Shown piece after piece: positions 27,000-37,083 of a DNA stretch of 52,636 bases. Origin of the DNA: a virus (Duplodnaviria > Caudoviricetes); the IMG/VR virus record IMGVR_UViG_3300025674_000060, positions 1 through 52,636 of that record; one strand, given 5' to 3'. A program made the position numbers and the translations under genes. The notes under the pieces are model-generated. The model worked only from the letters and a program-made list of their open reading frames with translations. It searched no databases and was not told where the DNA came from. Within the stretch, counting starts at the first letter, position 1; the number at the start of each line of letters is the position of its first letter.

Positions 27000-27950
27000 T
27001 CAGTTGCCGTCCAGGAACAAGAGCTTGGAGCGCAGAGCTTCAGGCGACATGTTGTTCAGGTAACGCCAAGCTTGATCAGGGGCCTGGTTCATCACTTGGC
27101 TGAACTGCTGCCAGGTGCTATCGGGATCCTGAGCAGGCATACCGGCGGTTGCGTTAGCAGGGACCGCAGGAACTTGATCGTAGTTGGGCTGATAGGCCTG
27201 CTGCTGTTGAGCCATAGCGTTATCAGCGGCGATCTGCTCGTCGGTGCGCAGATCGGTGGGATACACCTCGGTAAAGAACCGGTTGGTGTAATCAGCCAGC
27301 TGATCAGGATCAGTCAGGATTTGCTCCATGGCCATGCCACGGGTGGCGATCTGCTCCAGAGTTTGATGCTGCTGAATCAGAGCATCTTCCAGCGTGGTGG
27401 AGTACTGGTTAAGAATCGCAGGAGCTTCCAGACCGAAGTGGTTAACGACGGCGGCGCTTGCTTGGCTTAACTGCGGCTCCTGCGCCGTAGAAGTCGGCGA
27501 GGAAATTGGGGTCGTAGAGACGCTGTTGGAGTAGGTCGGCTGAGCCGTAGGGGGTTGGTAAGCCCAGGGCTGTTGGACCTGTGTAGTCAGACTGTTCGGT
27601 TGAATAGCCGGCTGCTCCATTTGGAGCTGCGGCGACGACGCTGTCTGGCTGGGGGACGGGGAGAGCCGAGAGACGATCCGATCCAGGCTGCCCAGTGCTG
27701 CCTCCCACGGGTTGCTCGGGGAGGAGACGGACGGAAACTGGTTGTACTGGCTGTTGGTAGAAGGGTCCGTAGCCAGTTGTGCCAGCGACGGCGCTTGGGC
27801 TGTAGTTGCCGAAGCTACCGCCGGGGTAGAGGTTTGCGCCACCCACTGCGGGTAAGCGGTTGAGCCCATTTCCGGGGAGGGAGCCGCCTGGGGCGCCGCT
27901 ACTGCCGGGGAGACCGGGCTCGGGGTCGAAGCTGGGATCGCTTGGCTCAT
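27000..27950 (-). CDS. Putative capsid scaffolding protein
   Basis: Lies between portal and capsid; disordered S/P/Q N-terminal half and helical C-terminal half. Confidence 0.6.
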   Translation of the reverse strand: MSQAIPASTPSPVSPAVAAPQAAPSPEMGSTAYPQWVAQTSTPAVASATTAQAPSLAQLATDPSTNSQYNQFPSVSSPSNPWEAALGSLDRIVSRLSPSPSQTASSPQLQMEQPAIQPNSLTTQVQQPWAYQPPTAQPTYSNSVSTTPISSPTSTAQEPQLSQASAAVVNHFGLEAPAILNQYSTTLEDALIQQHQTLEQIATRGMAMEQILTDPDQLADYTNRFFTEVYPTDLRTDEQIAADNAMAQQQQAYQPNYDQVPAVPANATAGMPAQDPDSTWQQFSQVMNQAPDQAWRYLNNMSPEALRSKLLFLDGN

Positions 27951-29682
27951 AGCTGCCCGAGTAAGTTAATTCTTGCGCAAGGTGATCGAATGTGCGGTAG
28001 AGAAGAGGCGTTATGTTTAACCTCGGGTCCGCCGCTAGCGGCTGTGTCGGCGCAAGAGGATGCGGCGACTGCATCAGCTGATTTAATGTTAGCAGGAAAT
28101 TTTGTAGTGCGGCCTGCGTTTGTTGAATCATTCGGAAGGGGAAACCCTTCAACATCTCCGATCGCTCTAGATCAGTTTTATCGGGGAAGAGATAGCGCAG
28201 GGCTTCCACGCTGTCTACACCGAGCTCCTGCAAATTTCGAACAACAATAGATTTTTGGTTGATGTCGTAAGCAGTATCCTCGTAGACATCGCCCTGGAAC
28301 CTATAGGTTACGGTTCGATCTCCGTCAGGCGGTAGGCCATAAACTCCGCCAGGAACTTTATTTTCTGTCAGCGCTGTCTGAATAGCCAGATCTACGTCTT
28401 GCTCGTATTTAGCAAGTTTCTTCTGGTATTTTTCCGCCGCCTCTGGCGTATCTTCCTTAGGCTCTTTCGGCGGAGCCATGCCCATAACCGAAATAAAGCT
28501 CTCGCGGAAGATCTGCTCCTGGTGATAAATAATCATCTCCAGAAGGCGACAAAAGCCGTAGCTTAAAAAGCTCTTATTTTTACGAAGAGCAGTCGCTTGA
28601 GCGCGGCCCATAAGACCTTTAATTTCAGTCGCAGTGGCACCGGCGCTAATCGATATTTCATCAACGCCGCCGAGTGCGGTTCGAATTTCTTCGCGCAGTA
28701 GAAGTGCATAACGATTCATATCCCCGTTAACGGGGTCAGGTGTCATGTAACCCACGCGGTCCGTCGGTTCAACGTTCGCAATAATGCGAGGAACCCGTAA
28801 ACCACCGAGTCCAGCTTGCGAGCCGAACGGATCCGATACGCGAGTCGACGGAGAATCTAGACCAGCGAAACCACTCTGGCTGCTAATAGTCGGACGGAAG
28901 TTACGATCCGTATCGCTGGCTTCCACCAGATCGCTACGGGGACGCGAGCTGATCAGCGTGGGATTGCCGAAGAACTCAATGTTCTTGGCGATATTTTGCA
29001 TCATCTGATCATGCAGAACGATCTGCTGCATGAACGATTCAAATTCGCCCTCACCCTCTGTGCCGCTTGCATTCGGCTTATTCAAAACTTCCACGGCGGG
29101 AATAAACCCGAGCGTGTTGGGGCGAGTGTTTTTAGGCGTTATTAAAGAGGAAGGCTCAAGCTCAAAACTGAGCTCGGTGTCGGACTCGAATTCCTGAATC
29201 TGATCTGCTGTTATCGAGATGCGCACATAGCGCTTGTTCTGCCCGTAGCTATTAGTAGGCAGTCCTAAATTACTGTTTTTAATTTTGTAAGAATACAGAA
29301 TGACGGTCTCTTCGATCTCGCCGTTAAGGTCGTGGTAGACCCGATATTGATTTTTGTTGAAGAAATAAATCTGATACTTAAGTTTGGGGTCTGGTCGAAA
29401 GTAAAACAAACCGCACCCATCAATCAAAAAATTGCGAATGATCGCTGGAAACCTGATATCCAGTTTGTTTAGTTGTATCAGGTCATCAAGAAACTTACTG
29501 CGAGCTTTATATGTATCCTGATCACAATAAAAATAGAGACCCTTCTTAACCATAAGAAGGGTCATCTGCTGCAAGTGACTGAGCACCACCATAGTGGCGG
29601 ATTGCTTAGTGCGATCCTGAGTGCGTGCGGCCTCCAGAATTTCGCTAAAGCGTTGCCGAATACTGAGGTTGTCCGCAGGCAT
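27442..29682 (-). CDS. Portal protein with a long Gly/Pro C-terminal extension
   Basis: Size and position; FLIDGCGLFYF, NTLGFIPAVEVLN, NIEFFGNP, EIRTALGGVD..SAGATATEIK are portal-like motifs. Confidence 0.75.
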   Translation of the reverse strand: MPADNLSIRQRFSEILEAARTQDRTKQSATMVVLSHLQQMTLLMVKKGLYFYCDQDTYKARSKFLDDLIQLNKLDIRFPAIIRNFLIDGCGLFYFRPDPKLKYQIYFFNKNQYRVYHDLNGEIEETVILYSYKIKNSNLGLPTNSYGQNKRYVRISITADQIQEFESDTELSFELEPSSLITPKNTRPNTLGFIPAVEVLNKPNASGTEGEGEFESFMQQIVLHDQMMQNIAKNIEFFGNPTLISSRPRSDLVEASDTDRNFRPTISSQSGFAGLDSPSTRVSDPFGSQAGLGGLRVPRIIANVEPTDRVGYMTPDPVNGDMNRYALLLREEIRTALGGVDEISISAGATATEIKGLMGRAQATALRKNKSFLSYGFCRLLEMIIYHQEQIFRESFISVMGMAPPKEPKEDTPEAAEKYQKKLAKYEQDVDLAIQTALTENKVPGGVYGLPPDGDRTVTYRFQGDVYEDTAYDINQKSIVVRNLQELGVDSVEALRYLFPDKTDLERSEMLKGFPFRMIQQTQAALQNFLLTLNQLMQSPHPLAPTQPLAADPRLNITPLLYRTFDHLAQELTYSGSYEPSDPSFDPEPGLPGSSGAPGGSLPGNGLNRLPAVGGANLYPGGSFGNYSPSAVAGTTGYGPFYQQPVQPVSVRLLPEQPVGGSTGQPGSDRLSALPVPQPDSVVAAAPNGAAGYSTEQSDYTGPTALGLPTPYGSADLLQQRLYDPNFLADFYGAGAAVKPSKRRRR

Positions 29683-29700
29683 GTCTCGTTTACAAAGTTA

Positions 29701-30543
29701 TCAGGAGTCCGGGAGCAGGTACTCCTTCACTCGTTCCAGTTTAAACAATTCTGGCGGTAAAAGATCATGCGGATACGAGGTCAGTATATGGTCTTTACGA
29801 CCAAGAGGATCTGTGCCTCCTACAGTAGCTTTATAGCTATCCAAGTAGTCCAGCATCTCCTGGCTGTATGCAGGAGCATACGCGTTAGGAATTTCGTCGT
29901 AACAATGGGAGAAAGACGTCAGTTTGCGCTTGAGACGATCAGCGCCGCCCATCCAACTAAAATGCCACCCCGCATTACAATCCCCTACGACTACATCGTT
30001 AGGGTTACGACGTATCTCAGACAAGGTTTTATCTAAATGATCGTGAAGAACCACGGTGCCACAAGTCCAATTAGTGGGAGGTTTAGTTTTATCTCCATCC
30101 GGACTCATAACCCGAAGATCTGCGCGACCGTACATCATCGGCATAGAAAGACGAACACAGCGATCACGATCTTTTTTAGCTACTTCAACAGCTTCCAATA
30201 GAGCAGAAGGTTTGGGAATTTCATCGACATCACTGAAGAAGAAAACAGAATCTGGCGGAGTCATCCGCATACCAACAGCCAGAGCGTCGCGCTGAGAATA
30301 TTCCCGAACCCAAGGACTAGGCGCAATATCCGGCGGCGGCAGTTCTACATGCAGTACTTGAATTTTGTCTTCGGGTAATCCGAGCTCACGAATAGTGTCT
30401 ACACAAGTGAAGGGTTTTTCGTCGCCTTTGAAAGTTCTGTTAGCGTCCGTAATGATAAAACCATCAACGACATCTTTAAGCATTTCCACGCGTAGCTCTA
30501 AAAGCTCACGTTCATTGAAGTACAAAAAACAATCGAACAGCAT
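29701..30543 (-). CDS. Glycosyltransferase family 17 (GnT-III-like)
   Basis: DCFLYFNERELLELR..TFKGDEKP..REYSQRD..SDVDEIP..GWHFSW. Confidence 0.85.
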   Translation of the reverse strand: MLFDCFLYFNERELLELRVEMLKDVVDGFIITDANRTFKGDEKPFTCVDTIRELGLPEDKIQVLHVELPPPDIAPSPWVREYSQRDALAVGMRMTPPDSVFFFSDVDEIPKPSALLEAVEVAKKDRDRCVRLSMPMMYGRADLRVMSPDGDKTKPPTNWTCGTVVLHDHLDKTLSEIRRNPNDVVVGDCNAGWHFSWMGGADRLKRKLTSFSHCYDEIPNAYAPAYSQEMLDYLDSYKATVGGTDPLGRKDHILTSYPHDLLPPELFKLERVKEYLLPDS

Positions 30544-30610
30544 GGTGATGCTGAGAGGGCCTGCGTAGTTTAGCAGGACTTACAAGTAAACAACTAAAAT
30601 TTCTTAAATA

Positions 30611-30865
30611 TCACCACTGTTTACACGACCAGTAGCGTGCTTTTAACTTGCTTCCAGGATTGTCACAATTATGACGGGCTCTAAAGTTCTCGCGGCGTTC
30701 GGGAATATGTTTTTTGATTGTCATATTAGGATCACCAAAGCGAACTAATCGTACCTGATCCCCTTCTTTTGCTGCGACAGCAAACTTTTTACCGCCGTCC
30801 GAATCTCTGCGAGGCTGGTTATATCCAGAGAATATCTCACCAGCAAGTCGAATCTTAGCCATCAC
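30611..30865 (-). CDS. Conserved small basic phage protein
   Basis: KKFAV..VRFGDPNM..RRENFRARHNC..ARYWSCKQW. Confidence 0.75.
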   Translation of the reverse strand: MMAKIRLAGEIFSGYNQPRRDSDGGKKFAVAAKEGDQVRLVRFGDPNMTIKKHIPERRENFRARHNCDNPGSKLKARYWSCKQW

Positions 30866-31080
30866 TTTTTACCTTTACTTTTAATATAAGCGGAGGCGCG
30901 ACGGCGTGCCTCTTTCGCTTTTTCAGTGTTTGGAACCCGAGTGTTAACAGGTTTATTGCCTGATGTGGCTCTTTTTTTCTTTTCATCCGTCGCCCTACGC
31001 TCTTCAGCGGACATTGAAGCCCACGCTGCCTTAGGTAAATAACGCTCGGTGCGTCCTTTTTCTCGCGCTAGATCCGCCAT
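30862..31080 (-). CDS. Small basic protein (ERYLPK half of a DUF5872-like family)
   Basis: ERYLPKAAWASMSAEERRATDEKKK..VPNTEKAK. Confidence 0.65.
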   Translation of the reverse strand: MADLAREKGRTERYLPKAAWASMSAEERRATDEKKKRATSGNKPVNTRVPNTEKAKEARRRASAYIKSKGKK

Positions 31081-31082
31081 AA

Positions 31083-31313
31083 CTAGGATTTACTGCTTTT
31101 TTCGTATTCTTCGCGAGTCTGCCAGTCCTCTTTTCCCCAACGACTCAACTTGTTTTTGCTGGATTTTTTACCCTCGTAGCGACCGCCCGATTCTTTGTAA
31201 TACTTAACAGCAAGCTGCATGGCTCGGGCCGAGTGTCCGCCCAGACGCCTGCGAGCTTTAGCCTTAGCGGCTGCCCATTTCTTCGGGTCTCTTTTTTTAG
31301 CGACTTCAGACAC
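31083..31313 (-). CDS. Small basic protein (SARxxQ..YKxxGGxY half of a DUF5872-like family)
   Basis: HSARAMQLAVKYYKESGGRYEG..LSRWGKEDWQT. Confidence 0.65.
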   Translation of the reverse strand: MSEVAKKRDPKKWAAAKAKARRRLGGHSARAMQLAVKYYKESGGRYEGKKSSKNKLSRWGKEDWQTREEYEKSSKS

Positions 31314-31629
31314 TGGGAGTTACGGTTCCGTTGCCGGGATAGACAGGAATACCGGTACGTGGGCCACGCTTGGCGGCCGCTTTACGCAAAAGCTCAGCCT
31401 TCATCGACTCCGTGGGATCCTCTTCTGGCATAAACTCATCCTCGTAAGTTCCGTAGGGACCGTACTGAGGAGGAACAGGCGCATTCAGGGGCTGCTCACT
31501 GACCTGATTTTCATAACTATCGCTACGCATGGCAGGACGCTGCGCTATGCGTTGACGACGGGAAGCTAATTCCTGAGCGTTAAAAGCCTTAGTGAAAAAA
31601 TCACCGGCTTCGATAAAAGGGTCAGCCAT
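31306..31629 (-). CDS. Hypothetical protein
   Basis: 107-aa ORF preceded by TATAAT. Confidence 0.55.
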   Translation of the reverse strand: MADPFIEAGDFFTKAFNAQELASRRQRIAQRPAMRSDSYENQVSEQPLNAPVPPQYGPYGTYEDEFMPEEDPTESMKAELLRKAAAKRGPRTGIPVYPGNGTVTPSV

Positions 31630-31647
31630 GACTTAATTATAACGACA

Positions 31648-31845
31648 CTAAATAGAGCCGAGTGCTTTAATTTCAGCTGCTCGGGCCAATAAAGCATCTT
31701 TAAAAATATCAAGCGGACCGCTCTGGACGGCTGCGCCTTTCCGAAGAGCACGAATAATCTGATCGGCATCTAAGCCTGCGCTTTTCCGCAGACTGGTACC
31801 GCCTTGCAAGTACGTAACTAAACCGGAAAGATCGTTAGCCATCAA
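31648..31845 (-). CDS. Hypothetical protein
   Basis: 65-aa ORF coupled to the upstream gene. Confidence 0.5.
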   Translation of the reverse strand: MMANDLSGLVTYLQGGTSLRKSAGLDADQIIRALRKGAAVQSGPLDIFKDALLARAAEIKALGSI

Positions 31846-32126
31846 TACAGCACAATAACACCAGGAGCATTACCGCTGATAATGGCAGTGCAAGAGATAG
31901 GAATTAGTTGATCGCCTTGTAAATTACTAGCCGTAGAAACTTGATTCGGAGCGTCAGCAAGTTCTACGGAAAGATAAAGTTTATTAGCGTTAGAATCTGC
32001 CTGAATAAAAATGGCGCGGCAGGCAGGGAAATTGACGCGAGTTCCGTTTGGATTTACACCAAACCCACTCGAATAAGGCAACGTTGCTGTCTGACCGTAA
32101 ACAGACCCAAATGCTCTTACGTCCAC
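31842..32126 (-). CDS. Small beta-rich putative structural protein
   Basis: ACRAIFI..LIPISCTAI..VIVLY. Confidence 0.55.
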   Translation of the reverse strand: MDVRAFGSVYGQTATLPYSSGFGVNPNGTRVNFPACRAIFIQADSNANKLYLSVELADAPNQVSTASNLQGDQLIPISCTAIISGNAPGVIVLY

Positions 32127-32129
32127 AAG

Positions 32130-32357
32130 TCAGTTGTTATCTTGAGTCAATTCTAACTCACCAATCAGACACTGTAAGTACCACGCGGCTTTCTTCAAGT
32201 CCTCAACACCGTTCTTGTGCTTGTGCCTCCACAAGTATTTAGCGATGTTCCCGTGGCAGTAACCCTGAAAACCTTCGTCACCGAGCTGTACTTTAAGTGC
32301 ATCGATGCACTCAATAGCACCAGACGTATAATGCGACGGATGATTGACGTTGTCCAT
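32130..32357 (-). CDS. DUF3310 family protein (T7 gp1.7-like)
   Basis: DNVNHPSHYTSGAIECIDA..GNIAKYLWR..KNGVEDLKKAAWYL. Confidence 0.9.
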   Translation of the reverse strand: MDNVNHPSHYTSGAIECIDALKVQLGDEGFQGYCHGNIAKYLWRHKHKNGVEDLKKAAWYLQCLIGELELTQDNN

Positions 32358-32364
32358 AAAAATA

Positions 32365-33258
32365 TCAAATCGTAAGCATTGTATCGCAAGTAATCAAGTT
32401 GCCAACCCTATTACTGAGCTCCGGCGCGTACTTCAGATCGTCATGCTGCAATAAACAACAGTCATGCGGCACGTAATAACCGTTTTTTTCGACAACAGGC
32501 ACACAACGACGATGCTCGTATCCAATTGGCGGGTTTTCGAAGGCCAAACCCATCGAACTGCGATCAGCTAAAGGCCAGTTACGGAAAGAAACCAGTTCAA
32601 CGCTCTTTTGAGGGTCCATACTCGCACTTTTTACGTATTTAACCGCATCATCAGCATCCAAAATCATGGCCGCGTAATAAGGACTGCCCAAACTCGCAAA
32701 AAACTTGATTTCGTGGTCGACGACAAGCTGTTTAGCAACTGTAAATCCCCGATCACTCCAAACATTTGATGTTTTATTGGTAAGAGAGTACCTGTAGTGA
32801 TTATCGAACGGTATTTTCTTGCCGCCGAATAGCTCATACCGAATAAAACCGGGTTCTAACCCCAAGGTAGCTAGTCTCGGTTTCCAACGCATCCAGTATT
32901 TAAAGTGATCCCAAGTAATTAGCATGTCGTTTTCTTGATATATGTAGTAATCGTACTCTTGACGCATACAAGCAACAGTTAAGTCTGTTTTATGAGCCCA
33001 GGTAAGCCACCAACCCTCATGCTCGGGGCTCGCGACGATAATTTCCACACTGATTTGCTCCGAAAAAGGACGCAAAAGCGAAGAAAGTTGCGGTATCTGG
33101 TCCTGAGCTTTGTAGTTAACAAACAAAAACACCGAAACTTGAAGCTCGTACTCTGTGTAAAGCTTCAAAATTTTAAAAATGCTATCCAAGCGGGATAGGG
33201 GGTCGTACGCAGTAATCCCGACCCAAAGTTTTTTAGTTGTATCCATCTCAATACTCAA
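32365..33258 (-). CDS. Putative GT-A fold glycosyltransferase
   Basis: N-terminal VGITAY strand; LTWAHK..YDYYIYQENDM (DxD-like). Confidence 0.55.
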   Translation of the reverse strand: MSIEMDTTKKLWVGITAYDPLSRLDSIFKILKLYTEYELQVSVFLFVNYKAQDQIPQLSSLLRPFSEQISVEIIVASPEHEGWWLTWAHKTDLTVACMRQEYDYYIYQENDMLITWDHFKYWMRWKPRLATLGLEPGFIRYELFGGKKIPFDNHYRYSLTNKTSNVWSDRGFTVAKQLVVDHEIKFFASLGSPYYAAMILDADDAVKYVKSASMDPQKSVELVSFRNWPLADRSSMGLAFENPPIGYEHRRCVPVVEKNGYYVPHDCCLLQHDDLKYAPELSNRVGNLITCDTMLTI

Positions 33259-34771
33259 CAGAAAAACTACCGCGACGTTGTAAAAATGTTATCAACCATG
33301 TGTACGCATCTAATAAATCGTCATGTGCTGTAGCGCCTACGTTAATAAGTTGATCAAACAAAGCGTCGAACTTACGATATTTGTTAAAGACCACTTTTTG
33401 ATTCTCTAAAAGACCCAAAGTGCCTCTAAAACGAGCGATCTTGTCGCCCCTAAATCCTTTAACTTCGTGAATATGAAGATTACTGAGCCCACGCTCGTTC
33501 AAAAGGACGCGCCGTAGGTCTGCAGCCAGACTAGCTTGATACGCTACGGACTCGACTACAAGCGTCACCGTTGAGTACGTCGGCTGATACTCTCCATTGT
33601 ATTTAGTCAAGATACCCCACTCTAATAACATGTCGCACAGCAGGTCTATTTTCTCAAGGTTTCCAATAGAACGGCACTGATGAGCATCGACGATATAGTA
33701 TTTATCCTTTAGTCGCCCACCTAAGACAAAAGCAGTGTAGTCCGACGTCTCGTTTTTACTCGCAGAAAGGTCGATACCGAGGGCCAAGCTATCGAACTCA
33801 GTTGCTACATCGCCTTTAATAAGCAAGTCTGGCGAGACGACAAGGTCCGACGTGGCAACAGGCTGCTGCTGATACTGAAAACAAAATGCTACAGGATCTA
33901 ATTCTTTCTGTTGTAATAAGTAATCAACAGACCACTGTGCTTGCCAATAGCTCTTAGGTTGCCCTTTATCGTCATACGTCAGAGCTTCTTGTGTAACCTG
34001 CTTCCACCCTTTCTCCGGGATGAACATTGTTTTATGAATATCCAATGGATGGAAACGAGTACCTAGGCAGACAGATCGTCCGCCCTCAAAAATAATAGGA
34101 GCAATAACACTACTCCAGTTGTTATTCATCTCTTCACGAATAGTAGGATTTTTAATATCTGCTGAACTCTTTATAGGGTCGTCTACTAAAACCAAGTGAG
34201 CTCGTTTACTGGTAATACTTCCTCGTAACCCTGCAGCTCGCAGCGTAAATTCCTCGTCACCCAATCTCGGGATACCCGCGTAGTCGTAGTCAATAGACCA
34301 ACCTATGTCCGACTGCATACCTGGCTTAAGCCGGCAAGTCGGAAAAATTTTGCGAAACTCAGACGAATCTACGATCTGTCGGATGATCCTGGATTTAGGG
34401 ATAGCAGTCGCAATGTTGTAACTAACATAGATAATTTGTAGAGGTCTTTTTGCTGCCGTGTGACGTCCTATGCACCATGCCGTAAACATATTTAGCACGG
34501 TCGATTTAGCGGAACCACGTGGGGCCAGAATGTCTAGGTTAGGCCCTGCAATATCCAGAAGATACTTATTGCTTTCGTTAGTCACTAAATGCTCGTGCCA
34601 TTCCAGCATGTGAGGGGCAGGGGGCTTGTCTAAAAGAGTACAGAACGTATGAAAATCATTAGCTGCTTTACTGTAAATAGTTTCTACGGTATTACTGTCG
34701 TTACTTTCTAACGCTTTGAGTGCCCGTAATTGTGCTCCACGTCGATATGCAAAAGTTTCCCGACTAGGCAT
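33248..34771 (-). CDS. terL: Terminase large subunit
   Basis: Walker A APRGSAKST, Walker B LVLVDDP, GTRFH, FQYQQQP; nuclease motifs GIDLS..SDYTA and HDDLLDA. Confidence 0.92.
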   Translation of the reverse strand: MPSRETFAYRRGAQLRALKALESNDSNTVETIYSKAANDFHTFCTLLDKPPAPHMLEWHEHLVTNESNKYLLDIAGPNLDILAPRGSAKSTVLNMFTAWCIGRHTAAKRPLQIIYVSYNIATAIPKSRIIRQIVDSSEFRKIFPTCRLKPGMQSDIGWSIDYDYAGIPRLGDEEFTLRAAGLRGSITSKRAHLVLVDDPIKSSADIKNPTIREEMNNNWSSVIAPIIFEGGRSVCLGTRFHPLDIHKTMFIPEKGWKQVTQEALTYDDKGQPKSYWQAQWSVDYLLQQKELDPVAFCFQYQQQPVATSDLVVSPDLLIKGDVATEFDSLALGIDLSASKNETSDYTAFVLGGRLKDKYYIVDAHQCRSIGNLEKIDLLCDMLLEWGILTKYNGEYQPTYSTVTLVVESVAYQASLAADLRRVLLNERGLSNLHIHEVKGFRGDKIARFRGTLGLLENQKVVFNKYRKFDALFDQLINVGATAHDDLLDAYTWLITFLQRRGSFSVEY

Positions 34772-34825
34772 GTTTATAAGCTGATAGCACTGTTATAGTA
34801 ATTGTACTCGATTCCCCGAGTTTGC

Positions 34826-35998
34826 ATGGCGAAAATCCTTTGGTATGGTGATGCTTGTAGCAACACAGGCTTTGCCAGAGTTACACACAGTGTCTTAGAG
34901 CACTTAAATAAAGATCATGAAATCGTAGTATTAGGTATTAACTACGCAGGCGATCCGCATGATCTACCCTACAAGATCTATCCCGCTTGTCCCGCAGGCT
35001 CTAACGACCGTTTTGGAATAAGTCGAATACCAGAAGTAATCGATAAAGAAAAACCCGATTACGTAATCTGTTTAAACGACATCTGGATCGTAAATCAATT
35101 TTGGGAACGCTGTCAGTTCTTAAAAGACTCCGTAAAGTTTAAATTCATCGCTTACTTCCCTGTAGACAGCGAGAGCTATTACCCGGACATGCTCCGACAT
35201 GTGAAGCACTGGGATTTAGCAATCACCTTTACGATCCCTTGCGCAAGACGAATCATGGAGTGCGGAGCAAACGCCGAAAAATTGGCGGTGCTTCCCCACG
35301 GTGTCGATACGGGTCGTTTCTATCCGTTAGACCGAACCGAAGCCAGAAAGAAGCTTGGAATACCTGAGGATAAATTTATCGTACTGAGTGCCAATAGAAA
35401 CCAACCGCGTAAAAGAACAGACCTGACCATTAAGGCATTTGCTGAGTTTGCAGTAGATAAACCGGACGCTCTTCTGTACCTGCATATGGGCAGTAAAGAC
35501 CTCGGGTGGGACATCCTACCACTATTTAAGCACGAAATGCAAAGACGTAACTTAGATGACGCTCAACGCCTAATTCTTACCTCTAATAACATCAACTATA
35601 TGGATGCTCCGCCCGATGAGCTGTTAAACACTATTTACAACGCTTGCGACATTGGCCTCAATACATCAGACGGCGAAGGATGGGGACTCGTCAGTTTCGA
35701 ACACGCAAGCTGCCGCAAACCGCAAGTTGTGCCCAATCACACGGCCTGTAAAGATATTTGGAACGGAGCAGCTGAACTAATTCCTGTTTCTACGTGGATC
35801 GTAGATAAAGATCTAGGAGTCGAGCGCGGCCTGATTGACGTAAAAGAGGCAGCAAAGCTTTTAAGCGATCTGTATTACGACAAATACATGTACGACGAAG
35901 CCGCCAAAGCTTGTTTCGAAGTAACTCAGCGTCCTGAGTATCGATGGGAATCTATTGCAACTGGTTTTACAGCAGCTATTAACGATCTGGGAGCTTGA
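34826..35998 (+). CDS. Glycosyltransferase family 4 (GT-B)
   Basis: KILWYGD..TGFARV, PHGVD, NRNQPRKR, YNACD..EGWGLVSFE. Confidence 0.9.
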   Translation: MAKILWYGDACSNTGFARVTHSVLEHLNKDHEIVVLGINYAGDPHDLPYKIYPACPAGSNDRFGISRIPEVIDKEKPDYVICLNDIWIVNQFWERCQFLKDSVKFKFIAYFPVDSESYYPDMLRHVKHWDLAITFTIPCARRIMECGANAEKLAVLPHGVDTGRFYPLDRTEARKKLGIPEDKFIVLSANRNQPRKRTDLTIKAFAEFAVDKPDALLYLHMGSKDLGWDILPLFKHEMQRRNLDDAQRLILTSNNINYMDAPPDELLNTIYNACDIGLNTSDGEGWGLVSFEHASCRKPQVVPNHTACKDIWNGAAELIPVSTWIVDKDLGVERGLIDVKEAAKLLSDLYYDKYMYDEAAKACFEVTQRPEYRWESIATGFTAAINDLGA

Positions 35999-36000
35999 TT

Positions 36001-37083
36001 ATGCAGTCTCAAACGCGTTACTTTCATCTGTACAGCGATGTACTACTTCCCGTAAAGACCACGGTGGCGGGGGTGCCGACTGTCTATGAGCAAGCCGAAA
36101 ACCTCGGAGGTAAATTCACTCGGATTTTGAAAGGACTCCCAAAAGACAGTGTTGCTAATTTCAATCCATCGATCATCAAGAACAACGACACAACGTATAT
36201 CGCTTGGCGGTCTCAGCCAGAAGCATTTGGCTTTCGTTACGACAGTAAATATTTCTATCTGAATGGGCAACCAAATACGATCTACATCGGGATGCTAAGC
36301 CCAGACAACACGGCCGTAATCGGTACTAAGAAAATCAGACCCAATAAACATCGGCTTAGTTACGAAGACCCGAGACTTTTTATTGGTCCGGATAAAGGAC
36401 TCTATGTGCAGTTTATTGCCTCGACCTATGCCAGCAAGTTCGACGCCAATCAAAAAAAGCTGTTTCACCAACCTAAGGTCGTAGTCTGTTGGCTTAACGA
36501 GAATTTCCAGGCAGTTCGTGCGGCTATCCCTCCCATCGGCAAGAACAGGGAAATAGGCGTAGCGGAAAAAAACTGGGCGTTCTTTAGCGCTAACGACGAA
36601 CTGCACTGTCTGTATTCCACGCGGCCTTTAGTCGTCGAACGGGAAAACAACCCTACTTTGCAGGTCAATACAGAAATCTTAGACACTGTAACAAAAGGTT
36701 GCCCTACATTCAACTCTACCGCACCTATAAATCTAGGGTATGCGTATTTAATTTTTTATCACTGGAAGCATATGACATGCACTCCAGATGGTAAGCCTTA
36801 TCTTATTTATCACGTAGGTGCTTATATGGTAGATAAGAAGTTTGAAAAAATAACTTACGTTACGGACGATCCCTTATTCACCGGATCTCTAAACGATCGC
36901 GTTATTGAATGGACGGATCCCTTCGGTACGCCAGTTTCAAATCAACCTGCTGTAATTTTGCCTTTCGGTGCGTTACTTGAGGGCGACGAGCTGGTTATGT
37001 CCTTGGGAGTTAACGATGCTTTTATGGGTATCTTTCGTACCAAACTAGAAAATATTATGAAGCGTATGCGTAAGGTTGATTAA
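36001..37083 (+). CDS. Five-bladed beta-propeller glycosidase/phosphorylase-like protein (GH130/GH43-like)
   Basis: FNPSI, YEDPRLF, EKNW, LPFG..SLGVND. Confidence 0.7.
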   Translation: MQSQTRYFHLYSDVLLPVKTTVAGVPTVYEQAENLGGKFTRILKGLPKDSVANFNPSIIKNNDTTYIAWRSQPEAFGFRYDSKYFYLNGQPNTIYIGMLSPDNTAVIGTKKIRPNKHRLSYEDPRLFIGPDKGLYVQFIASTYASKFDANQKKLFHQPKVVVCWLNENFQAVRAAIPPIGKNREIGVAEKNWAFFSANDELHCLYSTRPLVVERENNPTLQVNTEILDTVTKGCPTFNSTAPINLGYAYLIFYHWKHMTCTPDGKPYLIYHVGAYMVDKKFEKITYVTDDPLFTGSLNDRVIEWTDPFGTPVSNQPAVILPFGALLEGDELVMSLGVNDAFMGIFRTKLENIMKRMRKVD

